Origin: an uncultured bacterium
GTDB lineage: Bacteria > Armatimonadota > HRBIN16
Reading direction: 5' to 3'
Length of the DNA stretch: 64,000 bases
Assembly: GCA_964579145.1 (NCBI GenBank)
Contig: CAZOGB010000002.1
Span: 592 to 64,591, forward strand
In this document: one piece after another, positions 55,245 to 64,000 of the stretch
How positions within the stretch are numbered: position 1 is the stretch's first letter
How the letters are laid out: the number at the start of each line of letters is the position of its first letter
Notes under the pieces: generated by a model
The model's database searches: none
What the model saw: the letters and a program-made list of their open reading frames with translations, nothing else
What the model was told of the DNA's origin: nothing
Position numbers and translations under genes: made by a program

Positions 55245-57935
55245 TCAACGTGGGTTAACCGGACGGCGCACCTGAGCTGTTACCTCATACCACAGCGTCT
55301 GGTACTGGGGACCAATCTCAATCACCGCCCTGCCGTTAAAATCGCTGGATATTGGCAGTCGCGTCTTGCGTGCACCGCGGCCGTCCAGCGCCCATGCCTG
55401 TACCATGCTGGCTGGCATCGGCAGGGTGATGCGGGCTTGAATGCCCTCCACCAGCGAAGGCGCACTGCCCCAGTTATTGCGCACCGTCACACGGTTATCG
55501 CCCAGCTCCTCCCAGCCCCAGCCGGTGTTCTGGACGTAACCTGTGGCGGTAATCAGCACCTGCACCGTCTGGGTGGGATTCGCGCTCAGCGCGCCCTGCT
55601 TGACCGTCAGCGTGATGACGCCGAAGCCGTTCTGGCGGGTATCGCCGGGCTCCACGCGCACGCCGTCGCCCAGATCAAACGTTCGCCCTCCACCGAAACC
55701 GACCACCGCCTTGGAGCGGGGCGCGGAGAGCGTAACCACTCCCCTGCCCGCGGTGGCCAGGTCCCACACCAGCTGTCCCGTGTCCGCCACGAAGAGACTG
55801 GTGTTGACGTTGACCTGCTCTGGTCGCAGGGCATCGGCAGGCACGCTCTGTCCCTCTACCGCTACCGCCAGCCGGTGCAGAAGCCCCATCTCGCCGCGCA
55901 AGCCTGTGTCCGCTCCGTCTACCAATCGCCACGCCCAGCTGCCTCGCAGAGCCTGCACTTCCTGCTCCTTGCTCAGGGAGACCACCACCTGCCTCTGCGC
56001 GGGGGCAACGTCCCCTCGCAGGAACATCGCCGCCGCGGCAACCATAGCAATCCACTGTGTCGGGTGCTGGTCGATGTCAAAGAAACCGGTAATCATGCGC
56101 GCGTCGAGGTGATCGTTGCGATGGGCGTAGGTGTAGAAGTAGATGGCATCCCAGTCCTGCAGAAGCCCGTAGGCGGCAGCGAGTATCAGGCCCTCGCTGG
56201 TATAGGTGTTGGGCGCGGGATGGTTGTACTCGCTGACGGTGTGTGGCTTGCCCAGCACGCGCTTGGTCGACAGCCACGATAGAGTGCCGCCGCGTTCGTT
56301 CACCATTGGGATGTTGCGGATGTACCAGTTGTTCATGTCCCAGCTTCCGCCCGGGAACTCGGGATGCTGCCAGTAAGCATGGGTATCCACGAGGTCCATC
56401 GTCGTCATCAGATTGGGAGTGGTACATCCGATGATGGTGCCGGTCACCAGCGCGCGCACGCCGAGAGTGCTCTTCAGATATTCGCGCATCTCCGTCCAGT
56501 AGCGTGCTTCGGTGTCCCACAGGAAGCGGAGCCAGTCTTTCTGGATGGCTTCTGGCGTGCTGCCCCAATTACTGCGCAGGACGTTCGCCACGCTTTTTGT
56601 TTCCAGATTCTGGTCGGGTGGGAGCACGCGCAATGTGCCTCCCGGGCGCAGCGAAACGCCCGTAATCCAGTAGGTTCCAGTCTGGGTGCCCATGTTGGTA
56701 AAGAGCACGCGGGCGTTGTTATCGCTCTGGGAGACCATAAAGGTAATCTCGAAGCGGCGCCATTGCGTGTTCAGGCTGAACGTGTGCCAGCCGTCCAGAG
56801 CCTGCCAGGGGTCATGTGCCATCGTGACAGTGGCGATGATGTTGCGCGAAGTGTTTGCCTTTGCCCAGAACGAGAGCGTGTAGAGCCGCCCGCCTTCTAC
56901 CGTGAGACCCGGTTGTGTCCACTGCACATGCCAGCTTTCGGTGCCCGGCTGGGTGACCTGTATTCTGACAGAGCGGGTGTAGCCTGATGGAGCATCAGTG
57001 CTCTGGGTAGCGGATGCAACCGCGCCTGCGTGTTGCTCCAGATACCAGCCGTTCAGCCCATTCGTGTAGTTGCCGTTGGTGAGCATTTCGTTGCCCAACG
57101 GCTCCGAGCGTTCACCCCATGCCTGACGCAGGTTCTCGGTGTTGCCGTATTTAGCGATGAGCCACTCGTTCCACTGTCGCTGAAGGTCGGCACGAAAGAT
57201 GGCGGGGATGCGGTCAGTGACGCCTCCCAGGAAGCCGTGTATCAGCCCGTTTTCGTTGTTTATCTCCACGAACGCCACCGCCGGGTCCTGGGCGTAGGTC
57301 AGCCCGGTATAGGGGTTGCGGTGCGTGAGCACCAATCGCGCGTATTCCTTCTGCAGTTCCGTCAGGGGCTGATAGAAGAAACCGATGACATGCTGGTCCT
57401 TCATGTCGGTCACGCTGTCTATCTCCTGTGGCAGTCCGTCCTGCGAGGAGAACAGCCGGTGCACCACCAGGTTGATGTTGGCGTAAACACCCAGCTTCTT
57501 CAACTGCGCGAAGAAGTAGTCCAGCCGGTCTAAGGCATCGGGATTCAGAGTGCGTGAACCGCCTGCGGCGTAGTTGATCAGGGATGGACTGGACCACGGC
57601 GCGTCCATGTGGTGGAAGCGTACTACGTTCACCCCTGCCTTTGCCAGCCGCATTGCCACTTTCGGCGCGTTCGTTTTCTGCTGGAAGCAGGCGTTTGCCG
57701 TCATGTTCACGCCCCAGAAGCGGATGCGCTGTGCGCCGACGTAGAAGTGTCCATCCTGCCCGACGTGCACGTAGCCAAACTTGCCCGCCGGTCGGTGCAG
57801 GAAAACGCTCATATCCGCCACACCCGAAGGCGTGGAATCCCATGGTACCCAGAAAGGAAAGACGTTGTCCTGACCCTGTGCACCCATCGTCAGCATCAGG
57901 ATGAGACACGACGTCAGCCCAATGCTTCTTATCAT
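55245..57935 (-). CDS. secreted GH5-like (cellulase-family) glycoside hydrolase with an inserted carbohydrate-binding-module-like domain
   Basis: Signal peptide; GH5 (beta/alpha)8 motifs (VVRFHHMD; NENG); a central CBM4/9-like beta-sandwich; 896 aa. Confidence 0.55.
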   Translation of the reverse strand: MIRSIGLTSCLILMLTMGAQGQDNVFPFWVPWDSTPSGVADMSVFLHRPAGKFGYVHVGQDGHFYVGAQRIRFWGVNMTANACFQQKTNAPKVAMRLAKAGVNVVRFHHMDAPWSSPSLINYAAGGSRTLNPDALDRLDYFFAQLKKLGVYANINLVVHRLFSSQDGLPQEIDSVTDMKDQHVIGFFYQPLTELQKEYARLVLTHRNPYTGLTYAQDPAVAFVEINNENGLIHGFLGGVTDRIPAIFRADLQRQWNEWLIAKYGNTENLRQAWGERSEPLGNEMLTNGNYTNGLNGWYLEQHAGAVASATQSTDAPSGYTRSVRIQVTQPGTESWHVQWTQPGLTVEGGRLYTLSFWAKANTSRNIIATVTMAHDPWQALDGWHTFSLNTQWRRFEITFMVSQSDNNARVLFTNMGTQTGTYWITGVSLRPGGTLRVLPPDQNLETKSVANVLRSNWGSTPEAIQKDWLRFLWDTEARYWTEMREYLKSTLGVRALVTGTIIGCTTPNLMTTMDLVDTHAYWQHPEFPGGSWDMNNWYIRNIPMVNERGGTLSWLSTKRVLGKPHTVSEYNHPAPNTYTSEGLILAAAYGLLQDWDAIYFYTYAHRNDHLDARMITGFFDIDQHPTQWIAMVAAAAMFLRGDVAPAQRQVVVSLSKEQEVQALRGSWAWRLVDGADTGLRGEMGLLHRLAVAVEGQSVPADALRPEQVNVNTSLFVADTGQLVWDLATAGRGVVTLSAPRSKAVVGFGGGRTFDLGDGVRVEPGDTRQNGFGVITLTVKQGALSANPTQTVQVLITATGYVQNTGWGWEELGDNRVTVRNNWGSAPSLVEGIQARITLPMPASMVQAWALDGRGARKTRLPISSDFNGRAVIEIGPQYQTLWYEVTAQVRRPVNPR

Positions 57936-57965
57936 ACGGTTAGCCCTCCCTGTCCGTATAAATTA

Positions 57966-58622
57966 TCAGCGACCCAGGCGCAACCCCGGCAGTCGCTGCT
58001 GCATGGATTGCATCGCCTTTTCGATGAACGGTTGGAAGGTTGCGAAGAAGTCGCACTTCCATGTGCCGTCGTTCTGCTTGACCATGACCACATCCATGTC
58101 ATTACTCTTGCCGCCGCTGGTTATCTCCGTTTTCACTCTTGCTCGGTCCTGGTTCACGGAGACGTCTTTGATTTTGTAGGTGTCGAGGAACCTTATCTGC
58201 TGTCCAGTCAGGCGTTCTACCATCTCGAAGCCCTGTTTGAGCTGCTGTCCACTGGTGATGAAGGAGCCAAGCGGACCTGTCCACACGCACGCCTGGTAGA
58301 TTTTGTCGTAGTCTTTGGCTTTCATTGCCTCCAGGAACACTTTCGCACCGTACTGGGGCGAGCGCAGGTAAATCAGGTAGTACCAGCTGGCTCCTCCAAC
58401 CGCTGCCAGCAGGATGAGCACCAGTATCGCCGCGATAACGCCGCCGCCCTTGCCTCTGGAACGCGCTGGTTCCGCTGCTTGACGGGGCTGAGGCGTGGGC
58501 TGTGGCGTTTCCTTCGCGATTTTTGCTACACGCTCGGCTTCTTCACCGGTGAGGGGAGCGAAGCACACACTGCACGCAGCCAGCCCCTCCTTCACTTCGG
58601 CGCCGCATTTAGGACACTTCAT
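57966..58622 (-). CDS. membrane-anchored zinc-ribbon protein
   Basis: N-terminal CPKCG...CSVC ribbon, a Pro-rich linker, one TM, and a C-terminal roughly 120-aa domain. Confidence 0.5.
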   Translation of the reverse strand: MKCPKCGAEVKEGLAACSVCFAPLTGEEAERVAKIAKETPQPTPQPRQAAEPARSRGKGGGVIAAILVLILLAAVGGASWYYLIYLRSPQYGAKVFLEAMKAKDYDKIYQACVWTGPLGSFITSGQQLKQGFEMVERLTGQQIRFLDTYKIKDVSVNQDRARVKTEITSGGKSNDMDVVMVKQNDGTWKCDFFATFQPFIEKAMQSMQQRLPGLRLGR

Positions 58623-58643
58623 GGCTGAGAATCCTCCTTCGTA

Positions 58644-59042
58644 CTAAATTAACCCTTCGCGCAGGCGGCGGTCATATTCCGCCCGACGGTCAGGGTCGGA
58701 CAGTATCTCGTAAGCCGCGTTGATTGCCTTCATCTGTTCCTCCGCTCGCTGTCGCGCCCGCGCATCGGTCTGCCTGTCGGGGTGATACTTTATCGCCAGC
58801 TGCCGATAGGCTGCCTTGATGACCTCCGGTGAGGCGTTCGGACTGACCTCGAGCAGCTCATACAGGGTATTCCCACGTGGAGGCTCGGTGCGCGGCGGAG
58901 GAGTGTTGTCGTGCACCTGCTCGTATTGCGCACGAGGTTGGCCGCTCTGGTGCGCCATTGCCCATAGCGACCAGAAAAAGACCAGCCAGAAGAACGGCAT
59001 CTTCCACGCCAGAATGAACGAAATAATCGCTACCAGGCACAT
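58644..59042 (-). CDS. J-domain (DnaJ-like) membrane protein
   Basis: C-terminal J domain ([31 protein letters not shown]) and an N-terminal TM segment. Confidence 0.65.
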   Translation of the reverse strand: MCLVAIISFILAWKMPFFWLVFFWSLWAMAHQSGQPRAQYEQVHDNTPPPRTEPPRGNTLYELLEVSPNASPEVIKAAYRQLAIKYHPDRQTDARARQRAEEQMKAINAAYEILSDPDRRAEYDRRLREGLI

Positions 59043-59094
59043 GCTTACCAGTACCTTCGTAAGGGTATGCGCCTGCGGGCAGGCGCATACCCAT

Positions 59095-60630
59095 TTATTC
59101 CATCAGCCCTGCCACCTCGGCGAAGTCCGCCTTCAGATGCTGATACAGTTTGCGATACAGGACATAGTATGGCTCGTAGGCGCGATGCGCGTCGGCATTG
59201 GCAGGCGTGTTGCTGACCACCTGAATCGTCGCGTGGCACGCCTCGGGCACGCTCTGCCAGACCCCTGTGCCCACGCCTGCGAGCAACGCCACACCGAACG
59301 CCGGACCCTCGTCCACGTTGATGGTCACATGGTCATAGCCCGACACGTCGGCGAGAATCTGCCTCCAGACCGCGCTGCGCGCCCCGCCGCCAGAGGCTCG
59401 CACCTGCGTGATAGGCAGTCCCATCTCGCGCAGGATTTCAAACGAGTCGCGTAAGCCAAACGCCACGCCCTCCAGTATCGCCCGGGCGAAGTGCGAGCGG
59501 TCGGAGCGCAGGGTGATTCCGAAGAAGACGCCGCGCGCATGGGGGTCGGCGTGCGGGGTGCGCTCGCCCGTCAGGTACGGCAGGAATATCATCCCCTCCG
59601 TACCCAATGGAGCCGGCGCCGCCTCGGCGGTTATCAGCTCATACGGGTCTACGCCCATCGCCGCGGCGACGTTCTTCTCTTCGGTAGCGAACGCATCGCG
59701 CCACCACCGCAGGCTTCCCCCTGCAGACAGCATCACGCCCATCACATGCCACTTGCCGGGCACGGCATGGCAGAAGGTGTGCGTGCGCAAGCCGGGGTCT
59801 ACCACCGGTTCGTCCGCGAAGGCGAACACCACTCCCGACGTGCCCACGGACACCGACACCACGCCTGTCTCCACGATGCCGTTGCCCACTGCGCCCGCCG
59901 CCTGGTCGCCACCGCCGCCCACGACCGGCGTTCCTTCCTTCAGACCGGTGGCGTTGGCCGCCTGCGCGGTGATGCGCCCCGTGATTTCGGGCGATTCGTA
60001 CACCTTCGGCATCCACTCGCGCGGCACACCGATGGCGTCCAGCACCTCGTCCGCCCACTGCCGGCGACGCACGTTGAACAGCGACGTGCCCGAAGCATCC
60101 GATACCTCGGTGGCGTATTCGCCGGTCAGCAGGTAGCGGATGTAGTCTTTGGGAAGAAGCACTTTGCGCACACGGGCGTATGCCTCCGGCTCGTTGTTGC
60201 GAAGCCAGATAATCTTGCCCGCCTGAAAGCCCGTAAGCACGGGGTTGGAGGTCAGTTCCACGATGCGCTGGCGCCCAACCGTTTCGGTAATCCACTCGCA
60301 CTCAGCGGCGGTGCGCTGGTCGCACCACAGGATCGCGGGGCGGATGACCTGGTTGTTCTCGTCCAGGAACACCGAGCCGTGCATCTGCCCCGACAGCCCG
60401 ACGCCTTTCACCTCATCGCCTGTGACGCCCGCCCTGCTCAGCACCTCCCGAATGCTTTCGCACGTGGCACGCCACCAGTCGGCAGGCTCCTGCTCTGCCC
60501 AGAGTGGCTTCGGCGTGTACAGCGGATACTCGCTGACCGCACGAGCCACCACCTTCCCGCTCGCGTCAATGAGCAGGGCTTTGGTGCCGCTGGTGCCGAC
60601 GTCAATGCCCAGCAGGTATGCCATAGACAC
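59095..60630 (-). CDS. xylB: xylulokinase (FGGY carbohydrate kinase family)
   Basis: FGGY N- and C-domain motifs ([14 protein letters not shown]; [16 protein letters not shown]). Confidence 0.8.
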   Translation of the reverse strand: MSMAYLLGIDVGTSGTKALLIDASGKVVARAVSEYPLYTPKPLWAEQEPADWWRATCESIREVLSRAGVTGDEVKGVGLSGQMHGSVFLDENNQVIRPAILWCDQRTAAECEWITETVGRQRIVELTSNPVLTGFQAGKIIWLRNNEPEAYARVRKVLLPKDYIRYLLTGEYATEVSDASGTSLFNVRRRQWADEVLDAIGVPREWMPKVYESPEITGRITAQAANATGLKEGTPVVGGGGDQAAGAVGNGIVETGVVSVSVGTSGVVFAFADEPVVDPGLRTHTFCHAVPGKWHVMGVMLSAGGSLRWWRDAFATEEKNVAAAMGVDPYELITAEAAPAPLGTEGMIFLPYLTGERTPHADPHARGVFFGITLRSDRSHFARAILEGVAFGLRDSFEILREMGLPITQVRASGGGARSAVWRQILADVSGYDHVTINVDEGPAFGVALLAGVGTGVWQSVPEACHATIQVVSNTPANADAHRAYEPYYVLYRKLYQHLKADFAEVAGLME

Positions 60631-60633
60631 CTC

Positions 60634-61479
60634 CTAAATGAACTGGCTGAGGTAGCGTTTGCCGGCAAGGAAGCCCTCTTCCCGCCCGAACGCGCTGTCC
60701 TCGTGCTCGATAGACAGCACACCATCATAGCCGACCGAACGCAGGGCGCCGATGTACTCGCCCCAGCGCACCGCGCCGAAGCCGGGTATCACGTAGCGCC
60801 ACCAGCCCATCTGCTGGTTGCCCAGCCAGCGCAGTTTGTCTTCGCGGATTTCAGTGTCTTTGGCGTGCGTATGGAAAATGCGCTTGCCGAAGTGATGCAC
60901 CGCCGCAATGTAGTCGATCCCCTGCCAGATGAGGTGCGACGGGTCGAAGTTCAGCCCGAAGTTCTCGTGCGGTACGGCGTCGAACATGCAGCGCCAGTGT
61001 TCCAGCCCCTGCATGTTGGTGGCAAACCAGTTCTCCAGCGCAATCTTCACACCGCGCTCGCCCGCGTACTCCGCCACCTGTGTAAAGACCTCTTTACATT
61101 CCGTTTCAATGGTCTTGAACTTGTCCTTGCCGGGCACAGGCATTCCGCCCAGGGTGCACACCACGTCCACATCCAGCATCTTCGCGGCGTCCACGGCTTT
61201 CTTCAGCAGGTCAACCACCTTAGCACGCTCCTGGGGGTCGGCCGGAGTGGTGTTGGTGTAAAACGCCACACTGCTGATGCGCAGGGCGCGTCGCTCCATC
61301 AGCTCCAGCACCCGCTCGGCGTCTGCCTGGGTGAAGCTGGTGATGTCAATGTGCTTGGAGCCGGGTCCCGATGCTACCTCCAGTGCAGCGAATCCGTGTT
61401 CGCCGGCGAAGGCGGCAACCACCTCCAGCGGCTCTCCTCCAAACGGCGCGGTCAATATGCCGATTTCCATCCTTTGCAC
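60634..61479 (-). CDS. sugar-phosphate isomerase/epimerase (xylose-isomerase-like TIM barrel)
   Basis: AP-endonuclease-2/xylose-isomerase-like TIM-barrel family; 3 nt downstream of xylB. Confidence 0.7.
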   Translation of the reverse strand: MQRMEIGILTAPFGGEPLEVVAAFAGEHGFAALEVASGPGSKHIDITSFTQADAERVLELMERRALRISSVAFYTNTTPADPQERAKVVDLLKKAVDAAKMLDVDVVCTLGGMPVPGKDKFKTIETECKEVFTQVAEYAGERGVKIALENWFATNMQGLEHWRCMFDAVPHENFGLNFDPSHLIWQGIDYIAAVHHFGKRIFHTHAKDTEIREDKLRWLGNQQMGWWRYVIPGFGAVRWGEYIGALRSVGYDGVLSIEHEDSAFGREEGFLAGKRYLSQFI

Positions 61480-61552
61480 AATCCTCCTTCGTCCATGCTG
61501 ACGGTGTTACGGTACGCTTTCGGGGGCGAAGGGAGGGATTCCTGCAAACAGG

Positions 61553-62068
61553 CTACCGTCTCCTGTGTTCCCGGCGAAACTCCCAGGGCGGGACCGGATT
61601 CTTATCCCGCCACAAGCCGCGTCGTTCGCGCCGCGCCTCCTCCTCGAGCTGCTGTAAAACCGGGTCGTTCGAGTAGCGGCGATACCACCAGGCGTAGCCG
61701 TTGCGCACCAGCTCGCGGTTGAGGCTTCGACCGTCGGGCAGGATGACCTCGCCCAGAATACGCCCGTACTGGTCGGTTCCGTATACCTGCACCGCCACCG
61801 TTTTGCCGAAGACCAGTTCCGCGGTGAACTGCTTGGCGCGTGTGCCGAACGCCTGCCTGCTTTCGGGGCAGTCGATACCCTGCAGGCGTACCCGAACGGC
61901 TCGCCCTGCACGCATGACCTCAATGGTATCGCCGTCGGAGACACCTACCACTTTGCCGGTGAAGTCGCCGCGAGCGGGCATCCAGCGGTACCACAGCGCG
62001 GATATCGCCAGGATAAGCACTATTGCGGCGAGAGGATATGTTCTTCTCAAACGTTGAGCCTTTCGCAT
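61553..62068 (-). CDS. thermonuclease (staphylococcal-nuclease-like), membrane-anchored or secreted
   Basis: SNase motifs GDTIEV...VRLQGIDCPE...YGRILGEV; N-terminal hydrophobic anchor. Confidence 0.75.
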   Translation of the reverse strand: MRKAQRLRRTYPLAAIVLILAISALWYRWMPARGDFTGKVVGVSDGDTIEVMRAGRAVRVRLQGIDCPESRQAFGTRAKQFTAELVFGKTVAVQVYGTDQYGRILGEVILPDGRSLNRELVRNGYAWWYRRYSNDPVLQQLEEEARRERRGLWRDKNPVPPWEFRREHRRR

Positions 62069-62148
62069 AGCAATGGTAAGTTAGCGAGCGAGCGAAACTT
62101 ATCCTGCTCGTGGAAAGGTGGCAGAGGCGCGCGCCTCTGCCACAACAC

Positions 62149-63348
62149 CTACTGCGGGAGGGAAGCGGTAGAGGAAACTGCCGACGATGTGGCGGGCGGC
62201 ATGGGAGGCTCGGAAAGGATCCCCTTCAGCGTCAGCGTGCCGATGAGAAAGATGACGATTAGCCCCGCTTCAACCACCCACATCCGGCGGGCGGGATGCC
62301 GGGAGGGCGAACGGTCCAGCCAAGGCAGAAGGATCATGCCCAGCGCCACCAGCCCCGGGATGACCACCGTGCCCAGTATCTCCAGCTTCGGCGGCATCAG
62401 CTTCAGCAGTTCGTACAGTCCCAGGAAATACCATTCGGGGCGCGGAGTGAAGTTTGTGCCAGAGGGGTCGGCGACGGGATACAACGCGGGTTTGAACAGC
62501 AGAGCACAGGTTACCAGTGTGCCCACACCGACCATCACCACTACGGCGTCGCGGAAGAGCTGGTAGGGGTAGAACGGCTGAGGCTTGCCCTTCTGCGGTA
62601 CCACAGGTCCCGCGATATGCAGTCGTCTCACCAGGTACAGGTGCGCCGCCGTCAGCAGCACCAGAACCACCGGCAGAAGCATAATGTGGATAGCATAGAA
62701 GCGGGTGAGGGTCAACGCGCCCACCTCTTCGCCACCGCGCAGGAAGTGCATCAACCAGTCGCCGAGGATGGGCACCGTCTGGGCGATTCGCGTGCCCACC
62801 ACCGTTGCCCAGTACGCTTTTTGGTCCCAGATGAGCAGGTAGCCGGTAAACGCGAACGCCATCATGACCTGAAAGATTGCCACGCCCACCAGCCAGGTCA
62901 GCTCGCGCGGCTTCTTGTACGCGCCCCAGAAGAACACGCGCAGGATATGCAGTATCACCACCAGCATGATGAACGAGGAACCCCAGTGGTGCAGTCCGCG
63001 GATGAACGACCCCAGTGGTACTTTCTCCATAATATGCTGCACGCTTTCGTGGGCGTGGTCCGGCGTAGGCGCGTAGAACATGGCGAGCGCAAAGCCGGTG
63101 ATGAACTGGAATATCAACAGGGTCAACAGCAGGTTGCCCAGCGTCTGCCACCACCCGACGCCCGGGGGCATCGGCTCGTCCAGATGGTGCTTGGCGAAGG
63201 CGAAGATGCCTGTTCGTTCCTCAATCCAGTCGCGCAGGCGACCTATCCACCCTGCCTCTTGCCGGGGCGATACTGGTTCCATCGGCTGTCCATCCGAACG
63301 CGATGGCGTCGGTTCTCTCTCCACGGGTTTTTCGATAAGGTGTGCCAT
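62149..63348 (-). CDS. cytochrome b (fused cytochrome b6 / subunit IV-type) of a bc-type complex
   Basis: Haem-ligating His pairs in the TM helices and a PEWY-region equivalent; 399 aa. Confidence 0.8.
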   Translation of the reverse strand: MAHLIEKPVEREPTPSRSDGQPMEPVSPRQEAGWIGRLRDWIEERTGIFAFAKHHLDEPMPPGVGWWQTLGNLLLTLLIFQFITGFALAMFYAPTPDHAHESVQHIMEKVPLGSFIRGLHHWGSSFIMLVVILHILRVFFWGAYKKPRELTWLVGVAIFQVMMAFAFTGYLLIWDQKAYWATVVGTRIAQTVPILGDWLMHFLRGGEEVGALTLTRFYAIHIMLLPVVLVLLTAAHLYLVRRLHIAGPVVPQKGKPQPFYPYQLFRDAVVVMVGVGTLVTCALLFKPALYPVADPSGTNFTPRPEWYFLGLYELLKLMPPKLEILGTVVIPGLVALGMILLPWLDRSPSRHPARRMWVVEAGLIVIFLIGTLTLKGILSEPPMPPATSSAVSSTASLPQ

Positions 63349-63352
63349 ACGT

Positions 63353-63859
63353 TTACACCCTCCGTATCCAGATTTTGCCCGCGTCCACCCGGACAGGCAG
63401 TTTCGTCAGACCGGTTGGCGGTGGACCCGACACCAGGTTGCCATCGGCATCAAACACCCCGCCATGGCAAGGGCAAACGTAGCGCTGTTTGCGTTCTCGA
63501 AACTCTACCCGGCAGCCCAGATGGGGACATGAAGGGTCAAAAGCCACCACCGAACCGTCTAACCGGCGATACAGGTAGACGCTGTACTTGCGCTGTGCGT
63601 TCATGTAGCCGTCCTGTATCGTTATCTGGTAGTTGACCGAAAGCGTTTCGCCCGGTCGCAGGCGGTGCTCATCGAGAACGGGTATCCATTCCTTTCTGCG
63701 CTGTCGCCAGTTTGCGGGCGAGCTGATGAACCCCAGAACGGGCGCAACAATACCCCCGAGCACTGCGAGGTTGATGACGCCTACCAGCCATCCCAGCACC
63801 GTGCGCCGGAGGACGGCGTTCGGCTGGTCGTCGTTATGTTCAAATCCGTTATTACTCAT
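63353..63859 (-). CDS. Rieske [2Fe-2S] iron-sulfur protein
   Basis: CPHLGC...CPCHGG boxes; N-terminal TM; GAGGAGG RBS. Confidence 0.8.
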   Translation of the reverse strand: MSNNGFEHNDDQPNAVLRRTVLGWLVGVINLAVLGGIVAPVLGFISSPANWRQRRKEWIPVLDEHRLRPGETLSVNYQITIQDGYMNAQRKYSVYLYRRLDGSVVAFDPSCPHLGCRVEFRERKQRYVCPCHGGVFDADGNLVSGPPPTGLTKLPVRVDAGKIWIRRV

Positions 63860-63877
63860 CGCTGATAGCCTCCTCTC

Positions 63878-64000
63878 TTATGGGTAGTAACGCAGACGGA
63901 ACTGCCCTGCCACCTCCGGTGCTACCTGCTGTAACACGTCGACGGCGATACGCTCGGACTTGTGGTGGCGTCCCGGCGAGGGTTCATCCAGAAAGCCTGC
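63878..64000 (-). CDS. partial CDS (3' end only) of an unknown gene upstream of the Rieske gene
   Basis: Open minus-strand frame running to the window edge and ending at TAA 63880-63878 (...LRYYP*); cannot be classified from 40 codons. Confidence 0.3.
   Translation of the reverse strand, partial: AGFLDEPSPGRHHKSERIAVDVLQQVAPEVAGQFRLRYYP

Noticed and set aside
1-64000. Search for CRISPR arrays, tRNA and rRNA genes, and IS/transposase/integrase genes
   Set aside because: No series of regularly spaced direct repeats. No intergenic segment with a tRNA cloverleaf or T-loop box (GTTCRANYC) context. No rRNA-like conserved stretches. No DDE or tyrosine-recombinase motifs in any ORF

Overview
This is a 64-kb, densely coding, high-GC bacterial chromosomal segment with genes on both strands. 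The many long antisense ORFs in the six-frame track are high-GC artefacts. I found no rRNA, tRNA, CRISPR array, transposase or integrase. A DUF1559 prepilin-type gene at 39106-39846 hints at a Planctomycetota, Armatimonadota or Chloroflexota-type genome (inference only). The content, in order: (1) a glycan-utilisation locus at 0-10.7 kb with cytoplasmic GH2, GH78 alpha-L-rhamnosidase, two tandem URO-D-like paralogues and a secreted alpha/beta-hydrolase; (2) a small defence-type islet with HepT/MntA, a Uma2 endonuclease and a family-5 uracil-DNA glycosylase; (3) three sugar-phosphate kinases (pfkB-type 1-PFK, pfkA, fructokinase); (4) a gyrA operon continuing into a minimal nucleotidyltransferase, an orphan archease, an AcuC/HDAC-like deacetylase and a DUF697-like protein; (5) housekeeping genes (CBS protein, two MFS transporters, nadC, mgtC, a PQQ beta-propeller, dprA, htrA, folC); (6) a group 3b [NiFe] hydrogenase operon hydB-(cNMP-binding gene)-hydG-hydD-hydA at 33.9-38.5 kb, with its maturation genes hycI-hypA-hypB-hypF at 46.2-50.0 kb; a TetR-controlled HlyD/ABC-2 efflux operon sits between the two halves; (7) ksgA, a 639-aa unknown protein, GH172 (DUF2961), a secreted GH5-like enzyme, xylulokinase, a sugar-phosphate isomerase, a thermonuclease, and cytochrome b plus Rieske protein. 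The candidates for undescribed biology are: an Mrr_N-type wHTH protein translationally coupled to a HicB-like antitoxin with no HicA; a 33-aa hyper-basic ORF with textbook promoter, RBS and terminator; an NTase-archease-deacetylase module fused to the gyrA operon; a dprA-linked HprK-like P-loop kinase facing a convergent Cys-ribbon/unknown gene pair; a cNMP-binding gene embedded in the hydrogenase operon; a roughly 480-nt promoter-driven leader or ncRNA before the DUF1559 gene; the 639-aa acidic-linker protein; and a pair of 40-nt hairpin direct repeats in a convergent intergenic region.
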